A DNA stretch of 64,000 bases, taken from positions 44,339 to 108,338 of the forward strand of contig CAWBMV010000013.1 in the NCBI GenBank assembly GCA_963789955.1, read 5' to 3'. Below the pieces are notes generated by a model. That model was not told where the DNA came from. It worked only from the letters and a program-made list of their open reading frames with translations, and did not search any database. Positions within the stretch are counted from its first letter, which is position 1. Each line of letters starts with the position of its first letter. This stretch comes from an uncultured Candidatus Rokubacteria bacterium (lineage in GTDB: Bacteria; Methylomirabilota; Methylomirabilia; Rokubacteriales; CSP1-6). Position numbers and translations under genes: made by a program. Positions 32,865 to 43,546 of this stretch are shown here, in pieces.

Positions 32865-33636
32865 TTATCGCCTGCACACTTCGAGCACCGGCTCGTCGGC
32901 GCTCGCGGCGGCGAGCACGACGGCCTCGATCGCGGGCTCGCGCAACAGGCGCGCGGCGGTCTCGCGCGCCGGCTCCCGGTCGGCCAGGGTCTCGACCTTG
33001 TTGATCAGGACCACGACGCGAGCCCTCGCCGGCACGTTCTTGCGTCCGCCCTCGGGATGAGCCAGGACCCGCGCCACCAGCTCCGGCGTGATCCGCGTAC
33101 CCGGGGCGGCGCCGCTCAGCGCCTGGACCAGCTCGGGGCGGTGGACGTGCTCGGCGTCCAGCGGCGCGCCGAAAACGTCGGCGCCGACGACCGGCACGAC
33201 CAGGGTCGTTTCGGGCGGAATCGCGGGTTCGTGCCGGGCCGGCGCCTTGAACGGCCGTCTGCGCGATCCATCCGCCTCGTTCAGCAGACACACGTCCGGG
33301 CACCACGTGCGCAAGCGAGCGAACAGATCCAGCGAGACCCCCGCGGCCCGGTCGGTGGTGGGATCCGTATCGCCGATGACGAGCACGTGCCGGCGAGCAT
33401 CCAGCGCGGCCAGCACGCTCTCCCGGGTCGCCTCGGTCGCTCGCACGGAGGCGGGCGCCAGCGCGACCTGGTCGGCAAAGATGTGGGTGGTGCTGGTCGT
33501 CAGTACCCGGCTCACCCCGCTCGACGATCTCGCGCGCCAGCCGAAACATCGCGGTGGTCTTGCCGCCCCCTCCGACCAGCGCCACGACGTCGCCGGTGGT
33601 GACGCCGAGCGCCTCGGCCAAGGTCGCGCGCGTCAG
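32865..33636 (-). CDS. yqeC: YqeC-like selenium-dependent molybdenum hydroxylase accessory protein (frameshift near 33510; start approximate)
   Basis: VALVGGGGKTT, TT.T.HIF, EADGSRRRPFKAPARHEP, HVHRPE, LINK. Confidence 0.85.
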
Positions 33637-34391
33637 CCCCGCGCACCCGCGGCCGCCCGCTCGATCAGCTCCTTGGCGCCCGCCTGGATCCACGGAAAGA
33701 AGCTCGTCATCACCAGGCGCACCCCCAGGCGGGTGTAACGCTCCACGTTGCCCACGTTGACGAGCGTGCCGGCCACGCGGCCGGACTGCACGATCTTCTT
33801 GATCGCGCCGTCGATGGTCTGCTGGACCTCCGGGTGCGTCATGTTCCCGATCTGGCCCATCGAGGTCGCCAGATCGCTCGGCGCCACGAAGAAGCAGTCG
33901 ATGTGGTCGACCTTCAGGATCTCGTCGAGGCTCCGGACCGCGACGATGTCCTCGATCAAGACGATCAACAGGCTCTGGTCGTTGGCGGTCTTGAGATAGG
34001 CGTCGACGCCGAAGCCCTGACGGCTCGTGTACATCCCGCGCTTGCCGAGCGGCGCGAACTTGCCGGCGGCGACGACCGACTCGGCCTCGACGCGGTTGTT
34101 GACGTGCGGGATCACGATGCCCTGCGCGCCCCGATCGAGCGTGCGGTAGATGGTCGCGTAATCGTTGTCCATCACGCGGACGACCGACGTCTTGCCCCAC
34201 AGATCGCAGGCGCGCGTCAGGTTGCCGAGGTCGGCGTAGTCGACGCCGCCGTGCTCGCCCTCGAGCCAGATCCCGTCGACGTCGAGGGTGCCGAGCTGAT
34301 CGATCAGGTCGGGTTCGTTGGTGCCGGCGACGATCGTCGCCACCTGGCCGGCCGCGAGCTTGTCCTTGATGCGATTCGGGCGGATGTTCAT
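33633..34391 (-). CDS. HpcH/HpaI aldolase family protein
   Basis: WLEGEHG, LDRGAQGIVIPHV, PLGKRG, LIED, VAPSDLA.SMG. Confidence 0.9.
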   Translation of the reverse strand: MNIRPNRIKDKLAAGQVATIVAGTNEPDLIDQLGTLDVDGIWLEGEHGGVDYADLGNLTRACDLWGKTSVVRVMDNDYATIYRTLDRGAQGIVIPHVNNRVEAESVVAAGKFAPLGKRGMYTSRQGFGVDAYLKTANDQSLLIVLIEDIVAVRSLDEILKVDHIDCFFVAPSDLATSMGQIGNMTHPEVQQTIDGAIKKIVQSGRVAGTLVNVGNVERYTRLGVRLVMTSFFPWIQAGAKELIERAAAGARG

Positions 34392-34579
34392 GGTGCCTCC
34401 CTCGCGGGATTCTAGCCTAAAAGGCGGGCAGACGATCCCCGCGCTTCCCCTCTCCCCGCGCTTGTTGTATCGTCACCGAACGATTCGCAAGGAGGCGTCC
34501 ATGAAACGTTGGCTACTCGCGGTGCAGGTATCCGTGCCCTGCGTCAGATCGCATGGGCGCCGTTCTGGTGGAGGGTGAC

Positions 34580-36118
34580 ATGGTTCAAGCCACAACACTT
34601 GGGTTGATGTTCCTGCTGTTCCTCAGCCTCTTCTCTCCCGGGGACGTCCTCGGACAGAGCAAAGAGGATACGCTCGTCTACGCTCTGCAGAGCGACGTCC
34701 AGAACTGGGATCCACCGAACTCGGTGCTTCGTGAGAGCATCATCCTCGGCTACAACGTCTTCGACCATCTCGCGGCGCGCGACCTCAAGACCGGCAAGGT
34801 CGGCCCGAGCCTCGCCGTGTCGTGGAAGAGCCTCGACGACACGACGTGGGAGGTCAAGCTTCGCAAGGGCGTCAGATTCCACGACGGCACACCGTTCGGC
34901 GCGAAGGACGTCAAGGCGACCTTCGACCGCGTGCTGAATCCCGAGAACAAGCTGACGGCTCGCGGAAATCACGCCAAGATCAAGAGCGTCGAGGTGGTGG
35001 ACGATCTCACCGTACGCTTCAAGACCGACGGGCCCTATCCGCTCTTCGTGGAGCGGCTCACCGCCCAGGTGATGCAGTCCGAGAAGGTCATACGGGAGAA
35101 GGGCCAGGAGTGGATGCAGGAGAACCCGGTCGGCACCGGGCCCTACAAGCTCGTGAGATGGAACAAGAAGCAGGAGCATCTGCTCGTCCGCAATGACGAC
35201 TACTGGGGACCGAAGCCGGCCTTCAAGTACGTCCGCATCCGCATCATTCCCGAGCAGGCCACCCAGATCGCCGAGCTGATCTCAGGCGGAGTGGACCTCA
35301 TCAAGGCGGTGCCGCCCGACCAGATGGACGTGATCGACAAATCGGGCCAGGCTCACACGGGCACGTCACCCATCCTGCGCACCGCTTTCATCCAGCTGGA
35401 TCAGGCCGGCCGGTCGGGCGCGAACCCGTTTCAGGATCGCCGCGTCCGTCTGGCGGCCAACCTCGCAGTCGACATCGATTCGATCATCAAGCACGTCCTC
35501 AACGGACTGGGCGACCGAACTGCCACCACGGTCAATCCGATGGCGTTCGGCTTCGATCCGGCGCTGAAGCCCTACAAGCAAGACCTTGCCCAGGCCAAGA
35601 AGCTGCTCGCCGAGGCCGGCTACCCGAACGGGCTCGAGGTCGGCTTCCTGCGCGGCCAGCCGACGGTGGAGCCCGGGGTGGTCCAGACCTCCGACGCGAT
35701 CGTGGCCGACCTCGTGAAGGCTGGCATCCGAACCAAAGCGCGGATGGTCGGCGAGGTGGGCCCGTTCACGAATCTGGTCCGCGACGGCAAGGCGGAGCCG
35801 ATGTTCGAGTGGTCGTGGGGCTACTATTCGATCTTCGACGCCGACGCGATCCTGTTCGACGTGATGACGTGCGGCCAGCCGTATAGCGTCTACTGCAACA
35901 AGGCGCTGGACGACCTCGTCATCCAGGGGCGCTCGACTCTCGACCCCAAGCGGCGGATGGAAATCTACGCGAAGGCCCAGAAGCTGATCCACGACGACGC
36001 GGCCTATCTCTTCAAGTGGGGGCTGCGCGGTGTGTGGGGCATCAGCAATCGGATCAACTACGAGGCGCCACGGGACGAGATCGACCGGATGTGGGCCGTG
36101 ACGCCGCGGACGAAGTAG
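34580..36118 (+). CDS. ABC transporter substrate-binding protein, family 5
   Basis: Signal peptide; LRKGVRFHDGTPF.A.DVKAT; PVGTGPYK; DRRVRLAAN. Confidence 0.93.
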   Translation: MVQATTLGLMFLLFLSLFSPGDVLGQSKEDTLVYALQSDVQNWDPPNSVLRESIILGYNVFDHLAARDLKTGKVGPSLAVSWKSLDDTTWEVKLRKGVRFHDGTPFGAKDVKATFDRVLNPENKLTARGNHAKIKSVEVVDDLTVRFKTDGPYPLFVERLTAQVMQSEKVIREKGQEWMQENPVGTGPYKLVRWNKKQEHLLVRNDDYWGPKPAFKYVRIRIIPEQATQIAELISGGVDLIKAVPPDQMDVIDKSGQAHTGTSPILRTAFIQLDQAGRSGANPFQDRRVRLAANLAVDIDSIIKHVLNGLGDRTATTVNPMAFGFDPALKPYKQDLAQAKKLLAEAGYPNGLEVGFLRGQPTVEPGVVQTSDAIVADLVKAGIRTKARMVGEVGPFTNLVRDGKAEPMFEWSWGYYSIFDADAILFDVMTCGQPYSVYCNKALDDLVIQGRSTLDPKRRMEIYAKAQKLIHDDAAYLFKWGLRGVWGISNRINYEAPRDEIDRMWAVTPRTK

Positions 36119-36136
36119 GGCACGCCACCGAGGTAG

Positions 36137-36162
36137 GGCCCGGGTCGCTCCGGGCCCGGGCC
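36137..36162 (+). other. GC-rich hairpin between binding-protein and permease genes (possible mRNA-stabilising stem)
   Basis: GGCCCGGG-10 nt-CCCGGGCC. Confidence 0.45.
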
Positions 36163-36173
36163 TCTCGTTTGGC

Positions 36174-37091
36174 ATGCGCGTCTACATCGTTCGTCAGCTC
36201 GTCCAACTCGTGGTCGTGATCCTCGGTATCTCGATCCTCGCGTTCACGATCCTTCACGTGCTCGGCGATCCGGTGCTCCTGCTGCTGCCGCAGAACGCTG
36301 GCAAGGAGGAATTCGAGCGGTACCGTCACCTGCTGGGCCTCGACCGGCCGCTCTACGTGCAGTACTGGAAGTTCCTCTCGCGGGCCGCGCTCGGCGACTT
36401 CGGCAAGTCCTGGTATGCCGACACGCCGGCGTTCAAGCTCGTGCTCGAACGCATGCCGCCAACGATCTATCTCACCTTCTCCGGACTGTTGGTCGCGCTG
36501 CTGATCGCGCTGCCCCTGGGAATCATCGCGGCGCTCAGGCGCAACTCCTGGCTGGACAGTCTGTGCACCGTCGTGGCCGTCGCGGGTCAAGCCACGCCCA
36601 TTTTCTGGCTCGGAATCATGTTGATCATCGTCTTCGCCGTGCGGCTCAAGGCCCTGCCCGCCTCGGGGTACGGCACCTGGCAAAATTTCTTGATGCCGGC
36701 CTTCTGCCTGGGCGCCGCGCTGGCGCCGATCACGATGCGCCTGGTGCGCTCCGGGGTCATCGAGGTGATGAACCAGGAATTCATCAAGACGGCGCGCGCC
36801 AAGGGTCTGGCGGAGCCCGCGGTGGTCGTGAAGCACGCGTTCCGGAACGCCTGCATCCCGGTGATCACAGTGCTCGGGCTTCAGTTCGGTCAGCTCCTCG
36901 GCGGCGCCATCATCACCGAGACGGTGTTCGCCTGGCCGGGAGTCGCCACCTTGACCGTGGAGTCGATCCGCAACCAGGACTTCCCGGTGGTCCAGTGCGC
37001 GGTGATCCTGCTGGCGCTCCTCATCGTCGGCGTGAACTTGATCGTGGACCTCATCGTCGGATTCATCGACCCGCGCATCCGCGCTGCATGA
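36174..37091 (+). CDS. Peptide ABC transporter permease (DppB-like)
   Basis: GDFGKS, FIKTARAKGL, HAFRNA, ETVFAWPG, DPRIR. Confidence 0.93.
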   Translation: MRVYIVRQLVQLVVVILGISILAFTILHVLGDPVLLLLPQNAGKEEFERYRHLLGLDRPLYVQYWKFLSRAALGDFGKSWYADTPAFKLVLERMPPTIYLTFSGLLVALLIALPLGIIAALRRNSWLDSLCTVVAVAGQATPIFWLGIMLIIVFAVRLKALPASGYGTWQNFLMPAFCLGAALAPITMRLVRSGVIEVMNQEFIKTARAKGLAEPAVVVKHAFRNACIPVITVLGLQFGQLLGGAIITETVFAWPGVATLTVESIRNQDFPVVQCAVILLALLIVGVNLIVDLIVGFIDPRIRAA

Positions 37092-38002
37092 AAGCGGCGA
37101 GCGCGCCGACCAAGCTGGAGCTCACCCACGTGGACGTCAGCGCGCCCGACCTCGGGCGCGCGACCATGCGGCGCCTCGCGCGGGTGCGCTGGGGCCTCAT
37201 GGCGGCGGCCATCCTGCTGCTCATCGTCGTGACGACGGCGCTCGCGCCGTGGGTCGCGCCGCATGATCCGCTCGCGGTGGACATCCGTCACCGGCTGGTG
37301 CCGCCGCAATGGATGGACGGCGGTACCTCGGAGCATCTCCTGGGCACGGACCAGGTCGGCCGCGACCTGCTGGCACGGATGATCTACGGCGGCCGCGTGT
37401 CCCTGGTCGTCGGAGTCGGTGCAGTGCTCATATCGGCGACGATCGGCGTGCTGCTCGGCCTTGGCGCCGGCTACTTCGGAGGCCGCACCGACTGGACGAT
37501 CATGACGGGAATCAACGTGATGCTGACGTTTCCCTTCGTGCTGCTGGCGCTCGCGGTGATCGCGGTGCTCGGTCCGAGCCTCACGAACATGATCATCGTG
37601 CTCGGCGTCGCCGGGTGGCCGATCTACGCGCGCGTCATTCGAGCCGAGACCATGGCGATCGTCGAACGGGATTTCGTGCTCGCCGGGCGCGCGCTCGGCA
37701 TGAGCCACACGCGGATCGTGTTCCGCCAGATCATGCCCAATCTCGTCTCGGTGATCGTCGTGATCGCGACCCTGCAGGTCGCTCAGGTGATCATCCTCGA
37801 GTCATTCCTCTCGTTCCTCGGCCTGGGCATCCAGCCGCCCACCCCAGCCTGGGGCAACATGCTCGGCGAGGGCCGCGTCTACATGCTCAACTCCTGGTGG
37901 ATCGCCACCTTCCCGGGCCTGGCGATCTTTGTCACGACGCTCGTGATCAACCTGATCGGCAACGCGATCCGCGACTGGCTCGATCCTCACCTGAAGCTAT
38001 GA
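37088..38002 (+). CDS. Peptide ABC transporter permease (DppC-like)
   Basis: HLLGTDQVGRD, YGGRVSL, ESFLSFLGLG, PAWGNML; ATGA overlap. Confidence 0.93.
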   Translation: MKAASAPTKLELTHVDVSAPDLGRATMRRLARVRWGLMAAAILLLIVVTTALAPWVAPHDPLAVDIRHRLVPPQWMDGGTSEHLLGTDQVGRDLLARMIYGGRVSLVVGVGAVLISATIGVLLGLGAGYFGGRTDWTIMTGINVMLTFPFVLLALAVIAVLGPSLTNMIIVLGVAGWPIYARVIRAETMAIVERDFVLAGRALGMSHTRIVFRQIMPNLVSVIVVIATLQVAQVIILESFLSFLGLGIQPPTPAWGNMLGEGRVYMLNSWWIATFPGLAIFVTTLVINLIGNAIRDWLDPHLKL

Positions 38003-38030
38003 GCGACGCTCGCGCGCACGCGCGGCGCCG

Positions 38031-39665
38031 CTATCGCGGGAAACTGAAGACGTTCGCCGGCTCGTGCGCGAGGTCGTGGTCACGGCGAAGACGCCGGACC
38101 ATCTCGAGCGCGTACGGCGCGCCCTCCAGCAGCTGAGCCAGCATCAGATCGTCGAGCTGAAGCCCCGCGCGCCGCGCGGCCTTCACGCAGAGATCGCGCG
38201 TCTCCGGATCGACGCGATCGGTCGGCTCCGAGAGCACGGGCGGCGGCGTCACCTCCGGCGCTGACGCGCCCGGCACGAGATTCGGGCGGCGCGTGTGCCA
38301 CTCGGTGGCGCGCTCGTACGCGTGGCCGATACGCAGGATCGTCTCCTCGCCGAACGGCCGCCCGAGGATCTGCATGCCGAGCGGCAGGCCGTTGCCGCCG
38401 AAGCCGTTCGGCAGCATCAGCACGGGCTGGCTCGTCACGTTCCAGGCCGTCAAGAGACTTGCCTTCTGCCAGAACGAGACGCTGCGATAGTCGCTGATGT
38501 TCGGCGCCTCGCCCATGCCCGCGGTCACGAACGCGTCGAACCGCGCATAGAGCGGCTCCATCTCCACCATCATGCGGCGGTGCTCGCGCGTGGCCTGAAC
38601 GTAGTCGTTGGCGGTGAAGAGCACGGACGGCAGCGCGCGCGAGCGGAAGTCCGCGCCGAAGTCCTTGGGCCGGGCGATCAGGTTCTTCTGGTGAACGCTG
38701 AAGATCTCGCTCTCGGCGATGATGATCTTGACGTCGAAGTAGCTCGCGAGCGGCCGCACGCGACACTCCTCGAGCTCGGCGCCCAGCCGCCGCAGCACGT
38801 CGAGCGCCGCGTCCATCGCGCGCCGAACGTCCTCGGAGGCCGGGAGGTCGGCCTCCCAGTGGTGGCGGAAGACACCGATCCGGAGCCCGCGAAGATCCTC
38901 GCCGAGCGCTCGGCGGTAGCGAGGGATCGGCCGGCTCAGGCTGCCCGCGTCCTTCGGATCGTAGCCGGCCAGCGCCTCCAGGGTCAGCGCGCAGTCCTCG
39001 ACGGTCCGCGCCAGCGGCCCGCAGTGATCGAACGTGTAGGAGTTCGTGATGACGCCGGCGCGGCTCACCAGCCCGAAGGTCGGCATCAGCCCGACGACGC
39101 CGCAGAGCGATGCGGGGCCCCGGATCGAGCCGCCCGTGTCCGAGCCGAGCGCCACCGGGACCATCCCGGCCGCGACGGCGGCGCCCGATCCCGACGACGA
39201 GCCGCCCGTGAAGCGCGCCAGGTTCCAGGGATTTCGCGCCGGAGGCCAGGGCAGATCGAACGAGGGCCCGGCGTGGGCCATCTCGTGGGTCGCGAGCTTG
39301 CCGAGCAGCACGGCGCCGGCGTCGTAGAGCCGGCTCGCGGTCGTCGCGTCCTCGGCGGGGATCCGGTCGACGAAGACGCGCGAATGCGCCGACGTCAGGA
39401 TCCCCTTCGTGTCGTAGATGTCCTTGAGCGCGAACGGAATCCCGTGCAGCGCGCCCCGGTGCTTGCCGCCGGCGATCTCGGTCTCGGCCGCCCTCGCCTG
39501 GCGCCGGGCCAGATCGAACGTCGGCGTGATGAAGGCGCGCGTCTGCGCGTCGAACCGCTCGACGCGCTGGATCAGCGCCTCGGTCAGCTCCACCGGCGAG
39601 AGCTTTCGCGCCGCGATCAGTCCGGCGAGCTCGGCGATCGAGAGGTCGTGAAGGTCGGTGGCCAT
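38031..39665 (-). CDS. Amidase-signature (GatA/AtzE-like) amidase with C-terminal extension
   Basis: [38 protein letters not shown]. Confidence 0.92.
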   Translation of the reverse strand: MATDLHDLSIAELAGLIAARKLSPVELTEALIQRVERFDAQTRAFITPTFDLARRQARAAETEIAGGKHRGALHGIPFALKDIYDTKGILTSAHSRVFVDRIPAEDATTASRLYDAGAVLLGKLATHEMAHAGPSFDLPWPPARNPWNLARFTGGSSSGSGAAVAAGMVPVALGSDTGGSIRGPASLCGVVGLMPTFGLVSRAGVITNSYTFDHCGPLARTVEDCALTLEALAGYDPKDAGSLSRPIPRYRRALGEDLRGLRIGVFRHHWEADLPASEDVRRAMDAALDVLRRLGAELEECRVRPLASYFDVKIIIAESEIFSVHQKNLIARPKDFGADFRSRALPSVLFTANDYVQATREHRRMMVEMEPLYARFDAFVTAGMGEAPNISDYRSVSFWQKASLLTAWNVTSQPVLMLPNGFGGNGLPLGMQILGRPFGEETILRIGHAYERATEWHTRRPNLVPGASAPEVTPPPVLSEPTDRVDPETRDLCVKAARRAGLQLDDLMLAQLLEGAPYALEMVRRLRRDHDLAHEPANVFSFPR

Positions 39666-39686
39666 GGGGTCTCCCTTTCGGGGCCG

Positions 39687-39724
39687 AGTATAGCGTTGAC
39701 GCCTCTCGCGGCGATGGCTACCCT
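39687..39724. promoter_or_regulatory. Divergent sigma70-type promoters
   Basis: Plus TTGACG-17 bp-TACCCT (39696-39724); minus TATACT (39687-39692) upstream of the amidase SD. Confidence 0.55.
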
Positions 39725-39757
39725 TGGGCCGCGCAGCTGAGTCGAGGAGGTCACACC

Positions 39758-40541
39758 ATGGCGTTCATGACCAAGGACGGCTTTCGCCTCTACTACGAGG
39801 ACACCGGCGGCAACGCGCCCGACGATCGTGTTCCTGCACGGCGCCGGCGGCAATCACCTGAGCTGGTGGCAGCAGGTGCCGGCGTTCGCCGAGGAGTACC
39901 GGTGCGTCACGGTCGACCAGCGCGGCTTCGGCCAATCGCCGGACGTGCCCGGCGGGCCCGGGCCCGCGGGGCTCGCGACCGACGCGCTCGCGTTGCTCGA
40001 TCATCTCGGCATCGCGCGCGCGGCGCTCGTCGCCCAGTCGATGGGCGGCTGGGCGGCGGTGGGCGCGGCCGTGCGGGCGCCGGAGCGATTCTGGGCGATC
40101 GTCCTCGCCAACACCGTCGGCAACCTCACGAACGACGAGATCGCCGCCGTGCGCCGGCGGCTCGCCGCCTCGAGCCCGCCGCGGCCGGCCGTGCTGTGGC
40201 ATGCCGCCATCGGCCCGACGTTCCGCAAGCGAGAGCCGGTGCGCTCGTTCCTCTACGCGCAGATCTCGGGGCTGAATGCGCCGCTCACACCCGACTTCCG
40301 TGACCAGCTCCTGGGCTTGACCACGCCCGTCGAGCGCTACGCCGCCACGCGGGTGCCGACCATGTTCCTGACCAGCGACGAGGACGGGCTCATCTGGCCC
40401 GAGCTGTCGGCGAAGGTGCACGAGCACGTTCCCGGCTCGCGCTTCGAGCGCGTCGACACGGCCGGCCACTCGACGTACTTCGAGCGCCCGGACGTCTTCA
40501 ACCGCGAGGTCGGCGCGTTCCTCAAGGGGCATCGGCCATGA
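39758..40541 (+). CDS. Alpha/beta hydrolase (frameshift near 39820)
   Basis: FLHGAGG, DQRGFGQS, AQSMGG, AGHS.YFE.P. Confidence 0.9.
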
Positions 40542-41323
40542 AGTGGTGCCGATTCCAGTCCGGGAAAACCGTCGCGTACGGGATCATCGACGGCACGACG
40601 GTGACCGAGGTCACCGGGAGCCCGTTCGACAGCTATGCGAAGACGTCGAACACGAGCATGCTGAGCCGGGTCAAGCTGCTGGTCCCGGTGATTCCGCCGA
40701 CGTTCTACGCGGCCGGCGTCAACTATCGCGAGCACGTCACCGAGATGGCCCAGCGCCGCGGGCGTGAAGCCGGAGTTTCCGCCGGCCGCCGACGTCGGCT
40801 ACCGCGCCAACAACGCGCTGGTGGCGCACCGACGAGCCGATCGTGATTCCGAAGGACGCGACGGATCAGGTCCAGTACGAAGGCGAGCTGGTGGTGGTGA
40901 TCGGCAAGCGCTGCAAGAAGGTGTCGGAGGCCGAGGCGCTCGACTACGTCTTCGGCTACACGCATCGGCAACGACGTGAGCGAGCGCACGTGGCAGCGCG
41001 GCGACCGCACGTTCTGGCGCGGCAAGAACACCGACAGCTTCAAGCCGATGGGGCCGTGGATCGTCACCGGACTCAATCCCGACGACCTGCGCGTCACGAT
41101 CCGGCTGAACGGCAAGGAGATGTTCACCTACGCCGTGAAGGACGCGATCTTCGGCGTGCGCCAGTTCATCAGCCGGATGAGCCAGTACCTGACGCTCTAT
41201 CCCGGCGACGTGCTGTGGATGGGCACCGACGGCGCCACCGAGAACATGAAGGACGGCGACCTGGTCGAGGTCGAGGTGCCGGAGATCGGCGTGCTCCGCA
41301 ACCCGGTCGTGAGAGAACACTGA
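40538..41323 (+). CDS. Fumarylacetoacetate hydrolase-family protein (frameshifted)
   Basis: GVNYREH, YEGELVVVIGK, GNDVSER, RGKN.D.F.PMGPW, TLYPGDV. Confidence 0.9.
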
Positions 41324-42187
41324 TCGCGGACCACGCGTTCCCGATCGTCAGGCGCCCGCCGCCGGGCACGCGCACCCCGGTGCTCGTCAGCGTGCCGCAC
41401 TACGGCACGGAGCCCCTGCCCCACATCACGCGCGACCACTACAGCGAGCCCTGGTTCGAGACGTTCGCCTACGGATTCGCCGACACCTTCGTCGGTGATC
41501 TGTACGGCGACCTGCACGAGCACGGCGCCACCGTGCTCGCCACGCCGTTCTCGCGCATGTTCGTCGACGTCAACCGGCGTCGTGACGACTTCGAGCACCA
41601 TGACGGCGAGGTGCGCTCCCGGCGCGGCGTGGTCCGCACGCACACGATGCGCGAGGCGCCGATCTTCCGGCAGCCGCTCGGCCTCGTCGATCTCGAGCAG
41701 CCGGCTCTGCGCGCTGTACGACCCGTACTACGCGACCCTGGATCGCCTGCTCGGCGAGCTCCACCAGCACTACGGCTACGCGCTGCTCCTGGATGGCCAC
41801 ACCGGGAGCCCGCGGCGGATGAAGGACCACCAGGTGATCATCGGCACGCGACACGACACGACGTGCGCCCGCGAGCTCGCGTCGACCGTGGCCGCCATCT
41901 TCACCCGCCACGGCTTCGAGGTGCACGACAACGTCAGCGGCTACGCCGGCGGCAACATCGTGACGACCTACGGCCAGCCCGGGACGCGGCGCGTTCACGC
42001 GCTGCAGCTCGAGGTCAACGCCTCGCTCCTGATGACGACGGGCCGCGAGGAGTTCATCGCCCAGGTCTCGCGCGGCGAGATTCCCGAGAAATCCGAGGCC
42101 AACATCGCCCGCGTGCGCGCGTGCCTGCGCGAGGTGCTGACCGCCCTGCCCGCCGTCCTCGCGACCGTCTGCGAGCCCTCGGCATGA
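41320..42187 (+). CDS. N-formylglutamate amidohydrolase-like protein (frameshift near 41700; start approximate)
   Basis: LVSVPHYG, SRMFVDVNR, LLDGH, YAGG, HALQLEVN. Confidence 0.8.
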
Positions 42188-42804
42188 GCCGGCTCTTCCT
42201 GATCCGCCACGGCGAGACCGAGGGCAACGCGCTCCGGATCGTCCAGCACCCGCACATCCCGCTCTCGCCCCGCGGCCTCGTCCAGGCGGAGCGACTGGCG
42301 CGCCGACTCGCCGCCGAGGGGATCGCGCACATCGTGTCGAGCGACTACGCGCGCGCCGTGACGACGGCCGAGCATCTCCAGCGCGCGACCGGCGCGCCCC
42401 TCGTCATCGAGCCGTTGCTCCGGGAGCGGAACTTCGGCGATCTCCGCGGCCGGCCCTACGCGGAGCTCGGCTTCGACATGTTCGAGCCGGACTACGCGCC
42501 GCCGAACGGCGAGACGTGGCCGATGTTCCACGATCGCGTCGATCGGGCGTGGACTCGCGTGCAGGAGCTGGCGGCGGCGACGACCGGCGGCAGCCTGGCC
42601 GTGGTGACGCACGGCCTCGTGTGCCGGTCGCTCGCGGCGCGCCACCTGATCCTCGCCGACGGTGAGGCGGCGCCCGAGCGCTGGGAGAACACGTCGCTGA
42701 CGATCGTCGACTGGCCGGCGCCGTGGCGGGTGCGCCTGCTGAACTGTATCGCCCACCTCGACGGCCTCGACGCCGCGCCGCGCGCCGACTCGGGCGCGGC
42801 CTAG
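42184..42804 (+). CDS. Histidine phosphatase-family protein
   Basis: LIRHGET, SSDYARA..TA, LRERNFG, VVTHG. Confidence 0.92.
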   Translation: MSRLFLIRHGETEGNALRIVQHPHIPLSPRGLVQAERLARRLAAEGIAHIVSSDYARAVTTAEHLQRATGAPLVIEPLLRERNFGDLRGRPYAELGFDMFEPDYAPPNGETWPMFHDRVDRAWTRVQELAAATTGGSLAVVTHGLVCRSLAARHLILADGEAAPERWENTSLTIVDWPAPWRVRLLNCIAHLDGLDAAPRADSGAA

Positions 42805-42820
42805 ACTCGCTCGCGGCCCC

Positions 42821-43537
42821 CTACCAGCGCGCCGACAACCCCAGGACGGCGAAATGTGTGTCGAGATTGAAGTGGACCGGCGTCTGCTTGAGGGTCGCCG
42901 AGTCGCGCAAGTCCACCGACACCTCGGAGTGCATGTAGCGATACTCGGCGAAGACCATGAGGCTCGGCGCGACCTGGAACGCGATCCCGCCTCCGACCTT
43001 GTAGCCGACCGTGTAGTCGCTGTCGCCGTCCTGGTTGCGGAACTGAGCCGTCGTTCGCGGGGTGACCGTGGTCTGGGAGAACGGCACGCCCGCGGTGATG
43101 TACGGCTGGATCGCGCCCCACGGCGCCTTGTCCGACTTCAGGAGCGGCAGCCGAAGCAAGACGTCCAGCGAGACCGTGATGACGTCCACGTCGATCCGGC
43201 CGGTCGTGCCGCCCTGGCCTCCGCTGCACCCGCCTGACGGGACGCATCCGTCGATGTGGAGCTGTTGCGGGCCGATTGTCGGCATGAAGGTCGACAGGTC
43301 GACACCGAAGCCGAGAAAGGGCGCGGCGTCCAGGTAGCGACCGAAGCGGCCGCCGATGATGAACGCGCGATCGAACTCGGTGTCTCGATAGATGCTGAGG
43401 CCGCTCGGGCTGTGCACGGTCATGTCGTCCTTCAAGGTGAAGCTCTGGCCGACGTACGCGTCGGCAAACCACTCGGCCGACGCGGGGCCGGCCGTCAAGA
43501 GCAGGCACATGGCGATCACATAGATCACGAGCTTCAT
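42821..43537 (-). CDS. Outer-membrane beta-barrel protein (8-strand, OmpA/OmpW-like)
   Basis: Signal peptide, alternating aromatic strands (QPYITAG, VFAEYRY), C-terminal aromatic (GLSARW). Confidence 0.8.
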   Translation of the reverse strand: MKLVIYVIAMCLLLTAGPASAEWFADAYVGQSFTLKDDMTVHSPSGLSIYRDTEFDRAFIIGGRFGRYLDAAPFLGFGVDLSTFMPTIGPQQLHIDGCVPSGGCSGGQGGTTGRIDVDVITVSLDVLLRLPLLKSDKAPWGAIQPYITAGVPFSQTTVTPRTTAQFRNQDGDSDYTVGYKVGGGIAFQVAPSLMVFAEYRYMHSEVSVDLRDSATLKQTPVHFNLDTHFAVLGLSARW

Positions 43538-43546
43538 GGTGGTGGC

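Noticed and set aside
31906..34200. Apparent fusions in the ORF track (YqeC-phosphotriesterase; also 40843-42804, 12922-14109, 60553-62526)
   Set aside because: Produced by frameshifts and stop-poor frames; the separate genes have their own starts or overlapping stop/start codons.
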